Positions 26,882 through 37,834 are shown, numbered from the stretch's first letter. The stretch is 64,000 nucleotides of DNA from an uncultured Gammaproteobacteria bacterium (GCA_964349125.1 CAYGFH010000004.1:42921-106920), one strand, 5' to 3'. Notes: generated by a model not told the origin, from the letters alone. Numbers and translations are program-made.

Positions 26882-27739
26882 TTACTGCACTATACTTTTC
26901 CAGTCCTCCCAGAATTTTACGGTACCTGCATCTGTCAGCGGATGTGATATGTCATATGTTTCCCATTCGTTATCAAGTGTTACCTCATGATATGGCATTT
27001 CTGTAAGACCCTGGGGGTTATATATATACTCATCCCCAGGCAGGGTAAATCCGGATTCTGCCCACTTTGTAAATACCGTAAACGGTATCGTTACGATGTG
27101 GCTTTTCAGTTTCAGCGCATACAATAAATGATCCATATTTCGTACGCTCGCGGTAATCACCTGCACATGTCCGTCCCCATTTGAGAGCAGGGCGAGTTCG
27201 TTTGAAATAAAATCCATACCCTTTTCCCCGCGATCATCAAACCTTCCTACAAACGGAGAAATAAACACATCATGCGTATGTAATTTCGTTGCGCTATACA
27301 CGGCTGCTGCCTGCTCGAGAGAAAAATTGAGCGTGATATTTATAGCCCCTTCCGTACAGAATTCCGCGGCTGCTGCAACGCCTGCTGTCGTACACGGCAA
27401 TTTGATAATCGCGTTTTGAATCCATGTTTTCCTATCACGCGCTTGTGTAAGCATAGCCTCTTTCGTCATAGTGACAGGATCACCAATAACTTGAATCGAA
27501 ATCTTTCCGTCAGGGATAATGGCGCTCATTTCCTGTACTATTTTTTTGTACTCATCAAATGCTTCCTGCGCTATCACTTTGACGCCTTGACGCCGTGAAG
27601 CTAAGTTTTTCGCTATCAACGATGGATTCGTCGTTTGACCATCAAGACCGTGATACCCGGCTTTTTTAAGGAGTTCGTCAGCTGCTTTTGTTTCTTTTGG
27701 ATCTCCCCCGTCAATATATATTTTTGATGGAAACTGCAT
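26882..27739 (-). CDS. tal: Transaldolase / fructose-6-phosphate aldolase family
   Basis: IYIDGGDPKE...GQTTNPSLIAKN motif. Confidence 0.8.
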   Translation of the reverse strand: MQFPSKIYIDGGDPKETKAADELLKKAGYHGLDGQTTNPSLIAKNLASRRQGVKVIAQEAFDEYKKIVQEMSAIIPDGKISIQVIGDPVTMTKEAMLTQARDRKTWIQNAIIKLPCTTAGVAAAAEFCTEGAINITLNFSLEQAAAVYSATKLHTHDVFISPFVGRFDDRGEKGMDFISNELALLSNGDGHVQVITASVRNMDHLLYALKLKSHIVTIPFTVFTKWAESGFTLPGDEYIYNPQGLTEMPYHEVTLDNEWETYDISHPLTDAGTVKFWEDWKSIVQ

Positions 27740-27786
27740 AGTGTCGCTCCTTTCAAGGCTATGCCTTATATTTTTATACGTGTCAG

Positions 27787-29640
27787 TTATCCTGTATGGA
27801 ATTTCCTGACAGTGCGAACAATCGCTGCTGAATCTATTTCTTCAAATGACAATAGTTCTTTGGCTTTGCCCGATCGTGGTGTTTTAGTCACTGCCAGATG
27901 ATGAATAGGTACTACGGGTGTTTGTGCCAGTGCAGATTGCACAGCTTCACCTAAGCCCCCCTCAGCGTAGTGATCCTCCACCACAATAATCGCCTTGGTT
28001 TCACCAGCTGCCGTACGAAGCGTCATAGCATCTATGGGTTTCACGCTGTAGCAATCTATAACGCGAATACCAATACCTTCTTTTTCCAATACTGACTGTG
28101 CGTCGAGTGCCTCATGCAGCGTCACACCTGCCGCCACCACAGTCACAATCTCGTTTTTCCCAGGGTACACTTTTGATCCACCGATGGTAAATGTATCGTC
28201 TGTGGTGTAAAGGATTTTTGTTTCCGGACGTGATGTCCTGATATAGACTATACCCTTTTGCTGTAGGGCAAGCTCGGCCAGACGCTCTGTAGAAACTGCA
28301 TCTGATGGATACAGGACTGTGGAGCCATGAACTGATCTGAATAATGAAAGATCCTCAAGTCCCATCTGAGACGGACCATCTTCGCCGATTGATACTCCTG
28401 AGTGTGACCCATTAATCAAGATATTGCTTCCCGAGAATGTGGCCATACGAATCTGATCGGCAGCCCGTAAGAGAAAACACGCAAATGAAGCAACCACAGG
28501 ATGGTATCCGCGCGCTGAGAATCCGACGGCAACACCAAGCATATTTTGTTCTGCAATAAACAGTTCGATAAACCGGTCTGGAAATGCAGTACCAAACGAA
28601 TCTATGTACGTGGAATTTTTGGTATCTCCATCTATGGCGACGATATCAGGATGTGATGCACCCAATCGTTTGAGCGCATTACCAAAGGCTTTACGGGTGG
28701 CTGTGGGTTTATCATAAACAAGCTTGTCATCCCCGACCTGATCGGGGATCAATTTCCCGGGCACCTTTAAACCGGGTTCCGGCTCGGGGGCCGGAATGAC
28801 AGTTCCGATTAGACTCGTATCCACTTCTCCCAACTCAGCAATCGCTTTCGGAAGCTCATCCTTCGACAGAGGTTTACCGTGCCATCCCTCTTTGTCTGCA
28901 AGAAATGATATGCCTGCGCCTTTTTGTGTTTTTGCCAATATGACGGTAGGTCTGCCATCGGTTTGTACGACAGTATCAAAGGCTTTTTCAACGACATCCA
29001 ATTCATTCCCATGTTCAATCGTCACCACCCGCCATCCAAATGCGGTAAACCGATTCACAAATACCGAGACGTCATGTCCATACATGGTCGGATCTGATTG
29101 ACCCAACCTGTTTATATCTACGAACAAAAACAGATTATCCACACGTTTGTAACTCGCGGCGGCGGCGGCTTCCCACACTGACCCTTCTGCTATCTCACCA
29201 TCTCCGGCAAGAACAAATACTCTGGGAGTATTATTACCACCAAACTGCATACGCAGTGCCAATGCTTCCCCGAGTCCGATGCTAAGACCCTGTCCTAATG
29301 AGCCGGTTGCGGCCTCGGTATATGCGAACCGCTCGGTTGGATGTCCCTCCAAGACACTGTCAAATGTGCGATATTTCAATAATTCGTCCCGGCTAATGAC
29401 ACCCGCGGCGGCATAGAGTGAATAGTATAGTGGAGACGCGTGTCCCTTACTGAATATGACACGATCGTTACTGGGATTCTTCGGATTGTTCATGTCATAG
29501 CGCAGATGTTTGAAAAACAACACGGTCATCATCTCGACAGCCGAAAGTGATGATGTCGGATGTCCGGATCCCGCTGTAGTCGTTATGGTAAGTATGTCAT
29601 GACGGATACGTTTTGTGAGGTCAAGAAGTTGTGTGTTCAT
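27787..29640 (-). CDS. tkt: Transketolase
   Basis: GSGHPTSSLS, GHASP, TPP-binding GDGE..EG motifs; about 617 aa. Confidence 0.9.
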   Translation of the reverse strand: MNTQLLDLTKRIRHDILTITTTAGSGHPTSSLSAVEMMTVLFFKHLRYDMNNPKNPSNDRVIFSKGHASPLYYSLYAAAGVISRDELLKYRTFDSVLEGHPTERFAYTEAATGSLGQGLSIGLGEALALRMQFGGNNTPRVFVLAGDGEIAEGSVWEAAAAASYKRVDNLFLFVDINRLGQSDPTMYGHDVSVFVNRFTAFGWRVVTIEHGNELDVVEKAFDTVVQTDGRPTVILAKTQKGAGISFLADKEGWHGKPLSKDELPKAIAELGEVDTSLIGTVIPAPEPEPGLKVPGKLIPDQVGDDKLVYDKPTATRKAFGNALKRLGASHPDIVAIDGDTKNSTYIDSFGTAFPDRFIELFIAEQNMLGVAVGFSARGYHPVVASFACFLLRAADQIRMATFSGSNILINGSHSGVSIGEDGPSQMGLEDLSLFRSVHGSTVLYPSDAVSTERLAELALQQKGIVYIRTSRPETKILYTTDDTFTIGGSKVYPGKNEIVTVVAAGVTLHEALDAQSVLEKEGIGIRVIDCYSVKPIDAMTLRTAAGETKAIIVVEDHYAEGGLGEAVQSALAQTPVVPIHHLAVTKTPRSGKAKELLSFEEIDSAAIVRTVRKFHTG

Positions 29641-29748
29641 GGTATCATCATACCCCAACAGATATAACTCCGTCTATATACCCCAGGAGCGCTTGACAAA
29701 ATACTATTCCATACTCCAGACTTAGACTGATTACCCAGGTTGCGGTGT

Positions 29749-31629
29749 ATGAAGAAACGACGAAGATCTATTCAACCAAAACAGAATTACCTTGGATTAC
29801 TCATCCTAGTCGGTATCTTTCCTATACTAATGTATGCAGCGTACAGACAAGTACAAATTCGATCACAGGCCACTGATTCTATCAATATAAATGAAACATA
29901 TGGCCCCGGAGAACTCGATGATATAACGATCATCCCATCTATTTCTATTTCACAAGGTACTCCTATAACAACATTTACAGTATCTGGGAATCGCGCATCG
30001 ACATACACAACGCTTAGCGCAAAGCATTATTACTATTATCAATCCGGTTCTTCCTCGTTTTCCCCCGTCCTATCGACAACACCATTTTCATTTACAAAAA
30101 CAGACGATACTTTTGTGGGCACTATACCAAATCTACGCTCCGGGTGTATCGATTTGTTGTCAGATACTACCTATGTTGCTAGCTTCTGCGTAGCCGTGAC
30201 TTCGCAAAATGGCTCAAACACAAACATGAGTCCACAAATTCCAGACACCCGTTTGCCATACAAATACGTATCGGGCACCTATCAGTGGGGATATTCACGA
30301 CCGGACGGTTGGCTAAGTGGAACACGGTCATACACCGATGCATATAGCATTCTATCCTCCACACTACCGTTTGACAAAACCATCACCCCATATTATGAAA
30401 CTACCGGGAATTTTAATCCGACGAATTATTACTGGACTGATACTATCACGAATGCGGCATATAACTCCCACGCGCTCAATAACATTTATGTAACCTCTGT
30501 CCCAACGATAAACATGACCTGTGCGAATGACTGGGTCATGATGGGTGTTTTTCCACAAATATCTTTTCCAGCGACAGGAACGTTCAGCATGACGAAAGCA
30601 AACTGGATAACGCCCCCGGAATGCGTATTTTACACATATCCCGTAACCCATCCTATTAGTAATTTTTCTGAGCTGCGCAATACATACGTACGGCTTATCC
30701 CATACCAGGGAGTCACACCCACGCCAACTGCTACCCCAAAGCCAACGTCCACTCCCACGCCATCAGCTGTGCCACCCACACCGACACCAACGCCTAAACT
30801 ATATACAATTCGTACACCCAATGGCGGAGAAACATTAATCGTTGGGCAACCATATACCATAAGTTGGACAGGCACGGGGTTAACATCCCTGCGTATTGAT
30901 TTGTATAACTACGTAAATGGAGTATATAAAGGCTTTAGTTATATAGCGCTCGATGTATCAGCTGGAACCGGTTCATACACGTGGATTGCATCGAAAAAAG
31001 GCTACACAGAGGGAGTCTACAAAATCTCAATAAGCGGAACGACATCATCAGGCGCGCAGCAATCTGACCTGTCTGACAGCTATTTTTCTATCGTTGATTC
31101 TCCAAGCTCAACACCATCGCTAACGCCTACAAATTCACCCACCTCAACCGTCACACCGATATCTGCGGCAACGAACACCCCTACCAGCACAGTTACTCCA
31201 ACTTCAACTCCCATCCCAACTGTGAGCTCCACCAAAATACATATATACGCAGCAGGAACACCGTATACTGGTGTGTATCCAACTATGGAGTTACGAATCA
31301 ATGGGCAAACCGTAAAGCGGTTTACAGATATTCGGGGTAACCCTGCACTTCGTTTGTTTACACGATATACGTATACGTTACCCCGAGCACTAGCTCCTCA
31401 AGATGTCTTGCGTGTCCATTATACTAATTCTTCACAAGCTGACGGGAATCTCAAAAGGAAGCTAAGGATCGACCGTGTGGTGATACACAACGTAACCTAC
31501 CAATCTGAAGCATCCACAACATATTCCACCGGCACTTGGTCATCATCAACGAATTCATGCAGTAGGCGCTATGCGAAATCAGAGTGGCTTCACTGTAACG
31601 GATACTTCCAATATACGATTGGATTATAA
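29749..31629 (+). CDS. Signal-anchored surface protein with PT-rich linkers
   Basis: N-terminal KKRRR plus TM. TPTPTATPKPTSTPTPSAVPPTPTPTPK and SPTSTVTP linkers. No catalytic motifs. Confidence 0.55.
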   Translation: MKKRRRSIQPKQNYLGLLILVGIFPILMYAAYRQVQIRSQATDSININETYGPGELDDITIIPSISISQGTPITTFTVSGNRASTYTTLSAKHYYYYQSGSSSFSPVLSTTPFSFTKTDDTFVGTIPNLRSGCIDLLSDTTYVASFCVAVTSQNGSNTNMSPQIPDTRLPYKYVSGTYQWGYSRPDGWLSGTRSYTDAYSILSSTLPFDKTITPYYETTGNFNPTNYYWTDTITNAAYNSHALNNIYVTSVPTINMTCANDWVMMGVFPQISFPATGTFSMTKANWITPPECVFYTYPVTHPISNFSELRNTYVRLIPYQGVTPTPTATPKPTSTPTPSAVPPTPTPTPKLYTIRTPNGGETLIVGQPYTISWTGTGLTSLRIDLYNYVNGVYKGFSYIALDVSAGTGSYTWIASKKGYTEGVYKISISGTTSSGAQQSDLSDSYFSIVDSPSSTPSLTPTNSPTSTVTPISAATNTPTSTVTPTSTPIPTVSSTKIHIYAAGTPYTGVYPTMELRINGQTVKRFTDIRGNPALRLFTRYTYTLPRALAPQDVLRVHYTNSSQADGNLKRKLRIDRVVIHNVTYQSEASTTYSTGTWSSSTNSCSRRYAKSEWLHCNGYFQYTIGL

Positions 31630-31798
31630 ATGCAATCTATTGCATACTCCTAACATCCACACCTTTATTCAGCTTTGACGTCTGCAACGATGTCATCATA
31701 TCTGTTACCTATTGCTGAGATTTTTTACATTTCCGTAAGACACAGATATTGAGAAGTATATCTTGTATATTTATATATATTGTTATACTATTTACAAC

Positions 31799-32176
31799 AT
31801 GAATAATGTCGATATATCAGGCCAAATAAGACTAGATGAGGAAAATAATGTTATCTATATTACATTTGCAGGCCATATTGCTAAAACTGAAATGACCTCT
31901 ATACTAGATCAGGTTACCGCTCTATGCAGGGGATCACAAAGCCAGATAAATGCACTGCATGACTTAACTCACGTATCTCATATTACAATCGACGCACAGA
32001 TACTCTTTGCAGAACACGCACTCTCTCCGACATTCAGAAAACATGCACTTGTGAGTGCTGATTCCCGAATTCAGGAATCCATCGACATCATAATATCTAT
32101 CGCCGAAGATAGGAATGATATTATGAAAGTGTTTACCGACGAGCAAATGGCGCTCGACTGGCTCATCAGTACATAG
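31799..32176 (+). CDS. STAS/SpoIIAA-like small protein
   Basis: About 125 aa; the weak fold-level resemblance is inference only. Confidence 0.3.
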   Translation: MNNVDISGQIRLDEENNVIYITFAGHIAKTEMTSILDQVTALCRGSQSQINALHDLTHVSHITIDAQILFAEHALSPTFRKHALVSADSRIQESIDIIISIAEDRNDIMKVFTDEQMALDWLIST

Positions 32177-32193
32177 TCAGGAACATCCACTTA

Positions 32194-33036
32194 CTAGGAA
32201 AATAGTCTCCAGTAGACAAACAGAAACGGCACAATGAGTCGTGATACCGGCTTCACCACCCGTACATACTGCCTGATTGATTCGATTTGACGTGATGACG
32301 AAGACAGTCCCAGCCAATACCAATACCGCCATATAACCACAGTGGACAGAAGCATAAGCGGTATTGTCCAGGCTGCCCACTGGTACAGTCCAAACACAGT
32401 AGCAAAAAGCAGACCTGCTGCACTAATCCAAAACCCGAGGCGCAAACTTCCATTCATGCCCAATGCTACATGCGTATTGTACAAGCCGCTTTTTTTATCC
32501 GCGGGATAATCTGCTAGTTGGTACGGGAATCCGACACCTGTAATCATCAATCCGTTTATAATGCACAGAGAGACACTAAGCTCCCAAGGAAACGCACCCC
32601 AAATAATCGAGAGCAGTGGAATGAGCCACCACACCGCAATTTGTATAAACAGATCGAAAAAAAATCGCCGTTTGAACCTGAATGGCTCAACAGAATATAG
32701 GATTCCTATACCCCATATAGCAAATCCCCACAAAAAAAATCCGAGCGCATATGCCAACACCAACCCAATAATTGAAAGTGTGCCAAACAGCAACCAAATG
32801 GTTGGAATATCAGCATCCTCAACCCTGACATGATGAAGATTCCAGCTGTACTTATCGGTATCTTTACTGTCGACGAGCTCGTTTACGATGTATGCGGGGA
32901 TTGATAGTATGCAAAATACAATTCCCCACCATACTATTTGCCAATCCGGAATACCGAGGATGATACCACCCGCGATCGCTGCTCCGAACTCTATGTACTG
33001 ATCCTGAAGGCGCATGAGGCGGATATATTTCCACAT
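32194..33036 (-). CDS. UbiA-family prenyltransferase-like membrane protein
   Basis: 8-9 TM helices and an Asp-rich NELVDSKDTD motif resembling NDxxDxxxD. Confidence 0.4.
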   Translation of the reverse strand: MWKYIRLMRLQDQYIEFGAAIAGGIILGIPDWQIVWWGIVFCILSIPAYIVNELVDSKDTDKYSWNLHHVRVEDADIPTIWLLFGTLSIIGLVLAYALGFFLWGFAIWGIGILYSVEPFRFKRRFFFDLFIQIAVWWLIPLLSIIWGAFPWELSVSLCIINGLMITGVGFPYQLADYPADKKSGLYNTHVALGMNGSLRLGFWISAAGLLFATVFGLYQWAAWTIPLMLLSTVVIWRYWYWLGLSSSSRQIESIRQYVRVVKPVSRLIVPFLFVYWRLFS

Positions 33037-33105
33037 AGAAGCAAGATGTAAACAAAGCAAAGCCTTCTCTGCCTTGGATTGTCCAAAAAAGCTTAACTTT
33101 GAATA

Positions 33106-33750
33106 CTAACCAGTTTTTAGCTGTTCCAAAGCCGCTGCAATACCATCGGGATGTTTGAACAAATAGGATGTGGATACCAATCTAGTAGCGCCTGCATCTT
33201 TGGCTATTTTTGCGGATTTATCATTTATCCCGCCATCCACTTCAATCGGAAGATCAGGAAGATTTTCGTGGATTCGTTTAATTTTCTCCACTGTGTCCTG
33301 CATAAATTCCTGCCCGCTGAATCCGGCTTCTATTGTCATAACGAGCACCATATCAACCTGATCCAAAAACGGTTCAATGATCTCAAGCTCCGATGGGCCA
33401 TCGATTGCCAAAGCAACCTCGACATCTTCATACTTTGCTTTATCTAGAAACACCCTTGGATCAATACATTCCACATGAGCAATAATTCGTTTAAATCCGG
33501 CATCAGCCAATGGTTTAATGTATTTTTCCGGATTTGCCACCATGAGATGCGCCTCGAATGAAAGATGCCGCAGCTCAGGGGCGAGGTGTTCAGGACTGAA
33601 CTTTGAGAAATCTACTATAGTCTCATTTGGCACCAATGTGTTATCTGCTATATCCACCTGTACCCAATCCACGTGAGGAGCGACAAGCCGAAGCTTGTTT
33701 TCAATAGTCTCCCATTCTTTTTCTAAAATTCCCGGAATGATGTCTATCAT
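33106..33750 (-). CDS. rpe: Ribulose-phosphate 3-epimerase
   Basis: VQVDIADNTLVPN and HLMV motifs; 214 aa TIM-barrel size. Confidence 0.7.
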   Translation of the reverse strand: MIDIIPGILEKEWETIENKLRLVAPHVDWVQVDIADNTLVPNETIVDFSKFSPEHLAPELRHLSFEAHLMVANPEKYIKPLADAGFKRIIAHVECIDPRVFLDKAKYEDVEVALAIDGPSELEIIEPFLDQVDMVLVMTIEAGFSGQEFMQDTVEKIKRIHENLPDLPIEVDGGINDKSAKIAKDAGATRLVSTSYLFKHPDGIAAALEQLKTG

Positions 33751-33755
33751 ATATT

Positions 33756-33785
33756 CGTTAATCGTTAATCGTTAATCGTTAATCG
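33756..33785. repeat. Tandem heptamer array (cgttaat)x4
   Basis: Perfect 7-bp periodicity; followed by gcgatttacgatt and cgcggttagcggtttgcgag, which recur inverted at 43951-44013. Confidence 0.85.
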
Positions 33786-33833
33786 AACTCACTTTATGCG
33801 ATTTACGATTCGCGGTTAGCGGTTTGCGAGGTT

Positions 33834-34277
33834 TTACACATCTCTCTGTGCAATTTTATTCAATCTCCTATTATGCTTATCCACTGATTCGTATTCAACA
33901 CGGATAAATGCGTCAACAAGCTCTTTTGTTTCGTCGAAATCAGTATAGTCGCTAGAAAGTGCAAGCACATTTATATCATCAGCTTTTCTGTTATGCTTTA
34001 CATCAGCGACATGCACTGCTGTTGTACACCTGACTCCTGCGACTTTATTTGCAGCTATGGTAACTCCGCCACCTGATCCGCATATAACAATACCACGTGA
34101 GCCTTCATCTGAAACAACCTTGTCTGCCACAGCAAACGAGAAATCCGGAAAATCATCTTCAGGGTCGTGTACGGAATTCCCACAATCGATTACCTCATAC
34201 CCCTGCTCACGAAGCCAGACCACCAATCGTTCCTTCAAGTGAAATCCTCTATGGTCTGCTCCAATATAAATTGTCAT
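33834..34277 (-). CDS. rpiB: Ribose-5-phosphate isomerase B
   Basis: MTIYIGADHRGFHLKERL...CGSGGGVTIAANKV is canonical RpiB/LacAB. Confidence 0.85.
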   Translation of the reverse strand: MTIYIGADHRGFHLKERLVVWLREQGYEVIDCGNSVHDPEDDFPDFSFAVADKVVSDEGSRGIVICGSGGGVTIAANKVAGVRCTTAVHVADVKHNRKADDINVLALSSDYTDFDETKELVDAFIRVEYESVDKHNRRLNKIAQRDV

Positions 34278-34349
34278 ATTCTTTTCTCCATTTTAATACC
34301 ACCAATACATCAATAATCTATTAACGCACTGTAAAACACAATAGCGAAT

Positions 34350-35066
34350 TTACCACGTTCTGTCGGTATATACCGCAACTGATCGCATCTGATGGAGTAT
34401 TTGACCTGGGATTTCAGACACATCGTGTGTTTCTGCAAATACCCAATGTACGGGCAATTGCTTACTTTCACCGATCACAAACACAATAGATACATCAACC
34501 TGTAAAAGGAATGGAACCGTTGTTGTGATTCGAAGGGGATAACTATTTTTCTTCCCGGCATCATATCCCACTGCCCATCTGTCCGTTGTCACGAATGAGT
34601 TGGTGAAGAAAGCCGGATTCTCGGGATATGGCATCATGCCTGCGGTGTGGCCATCCAGACCAATGCCCTGAGTAATAACAATTTTCCCCTGCGGGTATTG
34701 TTCTCTCCAATTCTTTAGGGCACGGTCAAAACGCATAGCGGTATCCACAAGGGATTCGTTTAGTAATGGCCGCGTATCGATAGTGTTCATACCATTTGTG
34801 CATGCACCAGCATACCATGGCATACCAGATATCTGCGCAAAATTATTGATATGCGGATCAGTTGAATACCGCTCATCACTCACACCCACTGTCACAGTTG
34901 GCCCAAATAAATCTTCCGAAAGCACTTTTGCAACCTCCAATGGAGATCCACCTGAAAACAGCAATAAGACACCGTCTTTACCCGCCTTGAACACTTCCGT
35001 TGTAACCGCTGTTGCGGCTGACTGTATGAGTGACTGAATACCTGATTCTCTGTGAGGGACTATCAT
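34350..35066 (-). CDS. pgl: 6-phosphogluconolactonase
   Basis: LLFSGGSPL...VGVSDERY motif of the NagB/DevB family; sits in a PPP cluster. Confidence 0.65.
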   Translation of the reverse strand: MIVPHRESGIQSLIQSAATAVTTEVFKAGKDGVLLLFSGGSPLEVAKVLSEDLFGPTVTVGVSDERYSTDPHINNFAQISGMPWYAGACTNGMNTIDTRPLLNESLVDTAMRFDRALKNWREQYPQGKIVITQGIGLDGHTAGMMPYPENPAFFTNSFVTTDRWAVGYDAGKKNSYPLRITTTVPFLLQVDVSIVFVIGESKQLPVHWVFAETHDVSEIPGQILHQMRSVAVYTDRTW

Positions 35067-35074
35067 ACTATGTG

Positions 35075-35992
35075 TTATTTACTCGGTTCTTTATGCCCAC
35101 CGTACCCAGCTCTCAAGGCAGATACTACTTTGCCGGCGAATGTTGGATTTAATCGCGATTTTTCCCGTGCTACTACAGAATCCGAAAGCACAGATGCTTC
35201 GACATCAAATTCTTTTGCCGCTTCAATAGTCCACCCTCCGGTTTGCCCTCCTCCAACCACTCCCGTATAGTCATTCAGACCAGGATCATGTTTCATCGCG
35301 TTGGCAAGAAGCTCCATGAGCCACCCCCGTACCACACTGCCATGGGTCCAGTTCTCTGCCACTTTTGCATGATCAAGGTGATATGGCCCTTTGGAGAGTA
35401 TTTCAAATCCCTCCCCGATAGCCTGATTCATCCCGTACTCAACTCCATTATGCACCATCTTTACGAAATGTCCGCTGCCAGATGGCCCAAAGTGCGCAAA
35501 CCCGCCGGGAGTAGAAGCAGCTTCCCAAAACCATGAAAGGGAATCAACTATATGCTTTTCCCCTCCCACCATAAGGCATGCACCATTCCTGGCCCCTTCA
35601 AGCCCTCCACTGGTACCACAATCGATGAAATGGATACCCTTCTGTCCCAGCTCGCTAGCCCTGCGGACTGAATCTTTATAGTAACAATTACCTCCATCGA
35701 TAATGATGTCGCCTTTTTTCATGCCACCTGCCACTAATTGACCGATCATATCATCCACTGCCTGACCGTTTGGTACCATCAAAAATACCACGCGGGGAGA
35801 ATCCAAGGAACCGACAAGTGAAGGGATATCGTATGCAGGGAGAAACGAAGCACTACTTGCCTCTTTCACGAATCCTTCGGTTACGCCGCGGGTTCTGTTG
35901 TACCCCACAATCGACACATGGTTTTCCAACAAGTGAAGCACCATATTTTTCCCCATGCGACCAAGACCGATAAATCCGAGTTGATGTTTCAT
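35075..35992 (-). CDS. gnd: 6-phosphogluconate dehydrogenase (decarboxylating), short form
   Basis: GFIGLGRMGKNMVLHL NAD(P)-binding Rossmann motif and 6PGD fold. Confidence 0.8.
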   Translation of the reverse strand: MKHQLGFIGLGRMGKNMVLHLLENHVSIVGYNRTRGVTEGFVKEASSASFLPAYDIPSLVGSLDSPRVVFLMVPNGQAVDDMIGQLVAGGMKKGDIIIDGGNCYYKDSVRRASELGQKGIHFIDCGTSGGLEGARNGACLMVGGEKHIVDSLSWFWEAASTPGGFAHFGPSGSGHFVKMVHNGVEYGMNQAIGEGFEILSKGPYHLDHAKVAENWTHGSVVRGWLMELLANAMKHDPGLNDYTGVVGGGQTGGWTIEAAKEFDVEASVLSDSVVAREKSRLNPTFAGKVVSALRAGYGGHKEPSK

Positions 35993-36012
35993 ATATATCT
36001 ATACTACCGTAC

Positions 36013-37161
36013 TTATGACAATTGAGAAAGCAGATCACGTGCCCAATCTGAAGGGTCATCTGTGTGACCCGTATACATCCACTCCCACCTATACCCGACG
36101 TGTTTCCATTCCCGAAGCGATCCGGCAAAGTTTTTGGCGACTGCACGAATCAAATCTGTTTTATCTGAGCGGTTCATGGATACCAATCCTTCTATAAAAC
36201 CTCCGATACGAAATTTTTGCCGGGAAATTATCCCAATCATACGAGACAGCTCATCATCCATTTCGTCAGCCAAGACATCCCGGATCTCACCTTCCAATTG
36301 TGACCCTAATACATCTGAGTCCATGCAGGTACCCATCACCCAGTCTGTTTGTTTTAATTCGATCGCAGGTGATAGGACGGCCTGCTGCACAGTCGCCCAG
36401 GAATCAGTTACCGAGCACTCTTCAAGTAACCGTTCCAGACTCCGTTTAAAGGGAATATTTTTATACACAGTTGAGGCAATTACTATGCCTGCTTCACGAA
36501 ATTCACGAACCACGTCATCGTAGAGTGCTGAACTCTCAGAAAAATCTGTTTCTGCCGCATGTTGAAGCTCTTGCACCCGTTCGGGATGCGGCGTTTTACC
36601 ACGAAGCAGTTCCAACGCATACTTGATCGCGGCCTGCTCGTGAGCCGAATCAACAATATCATCAAGAACTATAACAAGTGACGCTGTTTTATTTTCCGGA
36701 GCCAAAGATCCTTCCATTACCACAGGATTTGCCGTATCTTGGCTGTATCCGCTGATTCTCTTTGCCTCAAGCCGAGAGCGATACTCGAGGCTTGTATCGG
36801 CATCCCACAGCGTTTTAAATGCGGGCAGAATACCATTTAAGAGTCCTATGACGCGTACTGTTGGATCTTCTTCTACAGCAACATATATTGCGGTGAGTAT
36901 GTCATTTTGCGCTTTTTGCGCTTCGTACGCGGTTATCTTGCGCGTAAGCAGTCCTTCCCCATCCCTCAGTGTTGCATCCTGCGCGAGAGCTATGTCAGAT
37001 TGATACATGGATCTACAGAGAAATCCTGACACATCGGATGATATGACAAGCTCAGAAGGGTCCACAGGGCTGAATACCAGTCGTTCAAACTGTGCAGGGG
37101 CAGGGATTCCTGGTGTAGCCAAACGCTCTACGTTGGTTGCAAATTCACGGGATACTACCAT
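36013..37161 (-). CDS. Hypothetical protein in pentose-phosphate cluster
   Basis: Long ORF with no motif. Only its position between gnd and zwf hints at an OpcA-like assembly role, which is speculative. Confidence 0.4.
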   Translation of the reverse strand: MVVSREFATNVERLATPGIPAPAQFERLVFSPVDPSELVISSDVSGFLCRSMYQSDIALAQDATLRDGEGLLTRKITAYEAQKAQNDILTAIYVAVEEDPTVRVIGLLNGILPAFKTLWDADTSLEYRSRLEAKRISGYSQDTANPVVMEGSLAPENKTASLVIVLDDIVDSAHEQAAIKYALELLRGKTPHPERVQELQHAAETDFSESSALYDDVVREFREAGIVIASTVYKNIPFKRSLERLLEECSVTDSWATVQQAVLSPAIELKQTDWVMGTCMDSDVLGSQLEGEIRDVLADEMDDELSRMIGIISRQKFRIGGFIEGLVSMNRSDKTDLIRAVAKNFAGSLREWKHVGYRWEWMYTGHTDDPSDWARDLLSQLS

Positions 37162-37207
37162 ACGGCCATACTATAGGTAGTCACTGATTCCGTCAATATA
37201 CGAGACA

Positions 37208-37238
37208 CAAAAAATCCCGCCCCTCGCGAGGGGCGGGA
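37208..37238 (-). terminator. Rho-independent terminator downstream of the RRM gene (minus strand)
   Basis: cccgcccctcgcgaggggcggg hairpin followed by a T-run on the minus strand. Confidence 0.7.
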
Positions 37239-37268
37239 TAATGTGTACATTCTTAAAACAAAATCAGG

Positions 37269-37664
37269 TTACCAATCTCGGCCACCACGATCGTTTCCAC
37301 CACGGTCTCCACCATGACCGCCACCTCGGCCGCCACGATCTCCACCTCGGAAACCACCACCGCCGCCGCCACGGTATCCACCACCGCCGCCGCCACGGAA
37401 ATTACTATCTCGAGGAGCCTGTGGCTTTGCCTCGTTGACAACGATTACTCGTCCATCAAGTGTTTGATTGTTAAGCGTTTCGATCGCTTTTCGTGCTTCG
37501 TCATCTGATGACATTTCAACGAAAGCAAATCCACGTGATCGCCCTGTGTATCTGTCCATGATAACGGACGCTGATACCACTGTTCCTGCTTGCGCAAAAA
37601 AATCACGAAGCGTTGTGTCTGTGGTGTCCCAAGACAAATTTCCTATAAATAACTTTACTGCCAT
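37269..37664 (-). CDS. RRM-type RNA-binding protein with C-terminal Gly/Arg-rich (RGG) tail
   Basis: RNP-2 LFIGNL and RNP-1 RGFAFVEM, followed by GGGGGGYRGGGGGGFRGGDRGGRGGGHGGDRGG. Confidence 0.85.
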   Translation of the reverse strand: MAVKLFIGNLSWDTTDTTLRDFFAQAGTVVSASVIMDRYTGRSRGFAFVEMSSDDEARKAIETLNNQTLDGRVIVVNEAKPQAPRDSNFRGGGGGGYRGGGGGGFRGGDRGGRGGGHGGDRGGNDRGGRDW

Positions 37665-37834
37665 ACGATGGCCCTCCTATAAACAACTCACCAGCATACA
37701 CCGGCGAACAAATTAATATAGCTGTATTGTACCCTACAATCGTGGAAATAGCAAAGGTTGAGAGGAAAACAGAAAAACCACGCCCACAAATGTACGGACT
37801 GGTATAGCACGCTTTTTCTTAAAACGGCGGTATG

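Noticed and set aside
33756-33785. CRISPR array
   Set aside because: The repeat unit is only 7 bp, tandem without spacers; no cas genes in the window.
36013-37161. OpcA (G6PDH assembly protein) assignment for the gene between gnd and zwf
   Set aside because: Based only on position; no motif could be verified, so it is called hypothetical.
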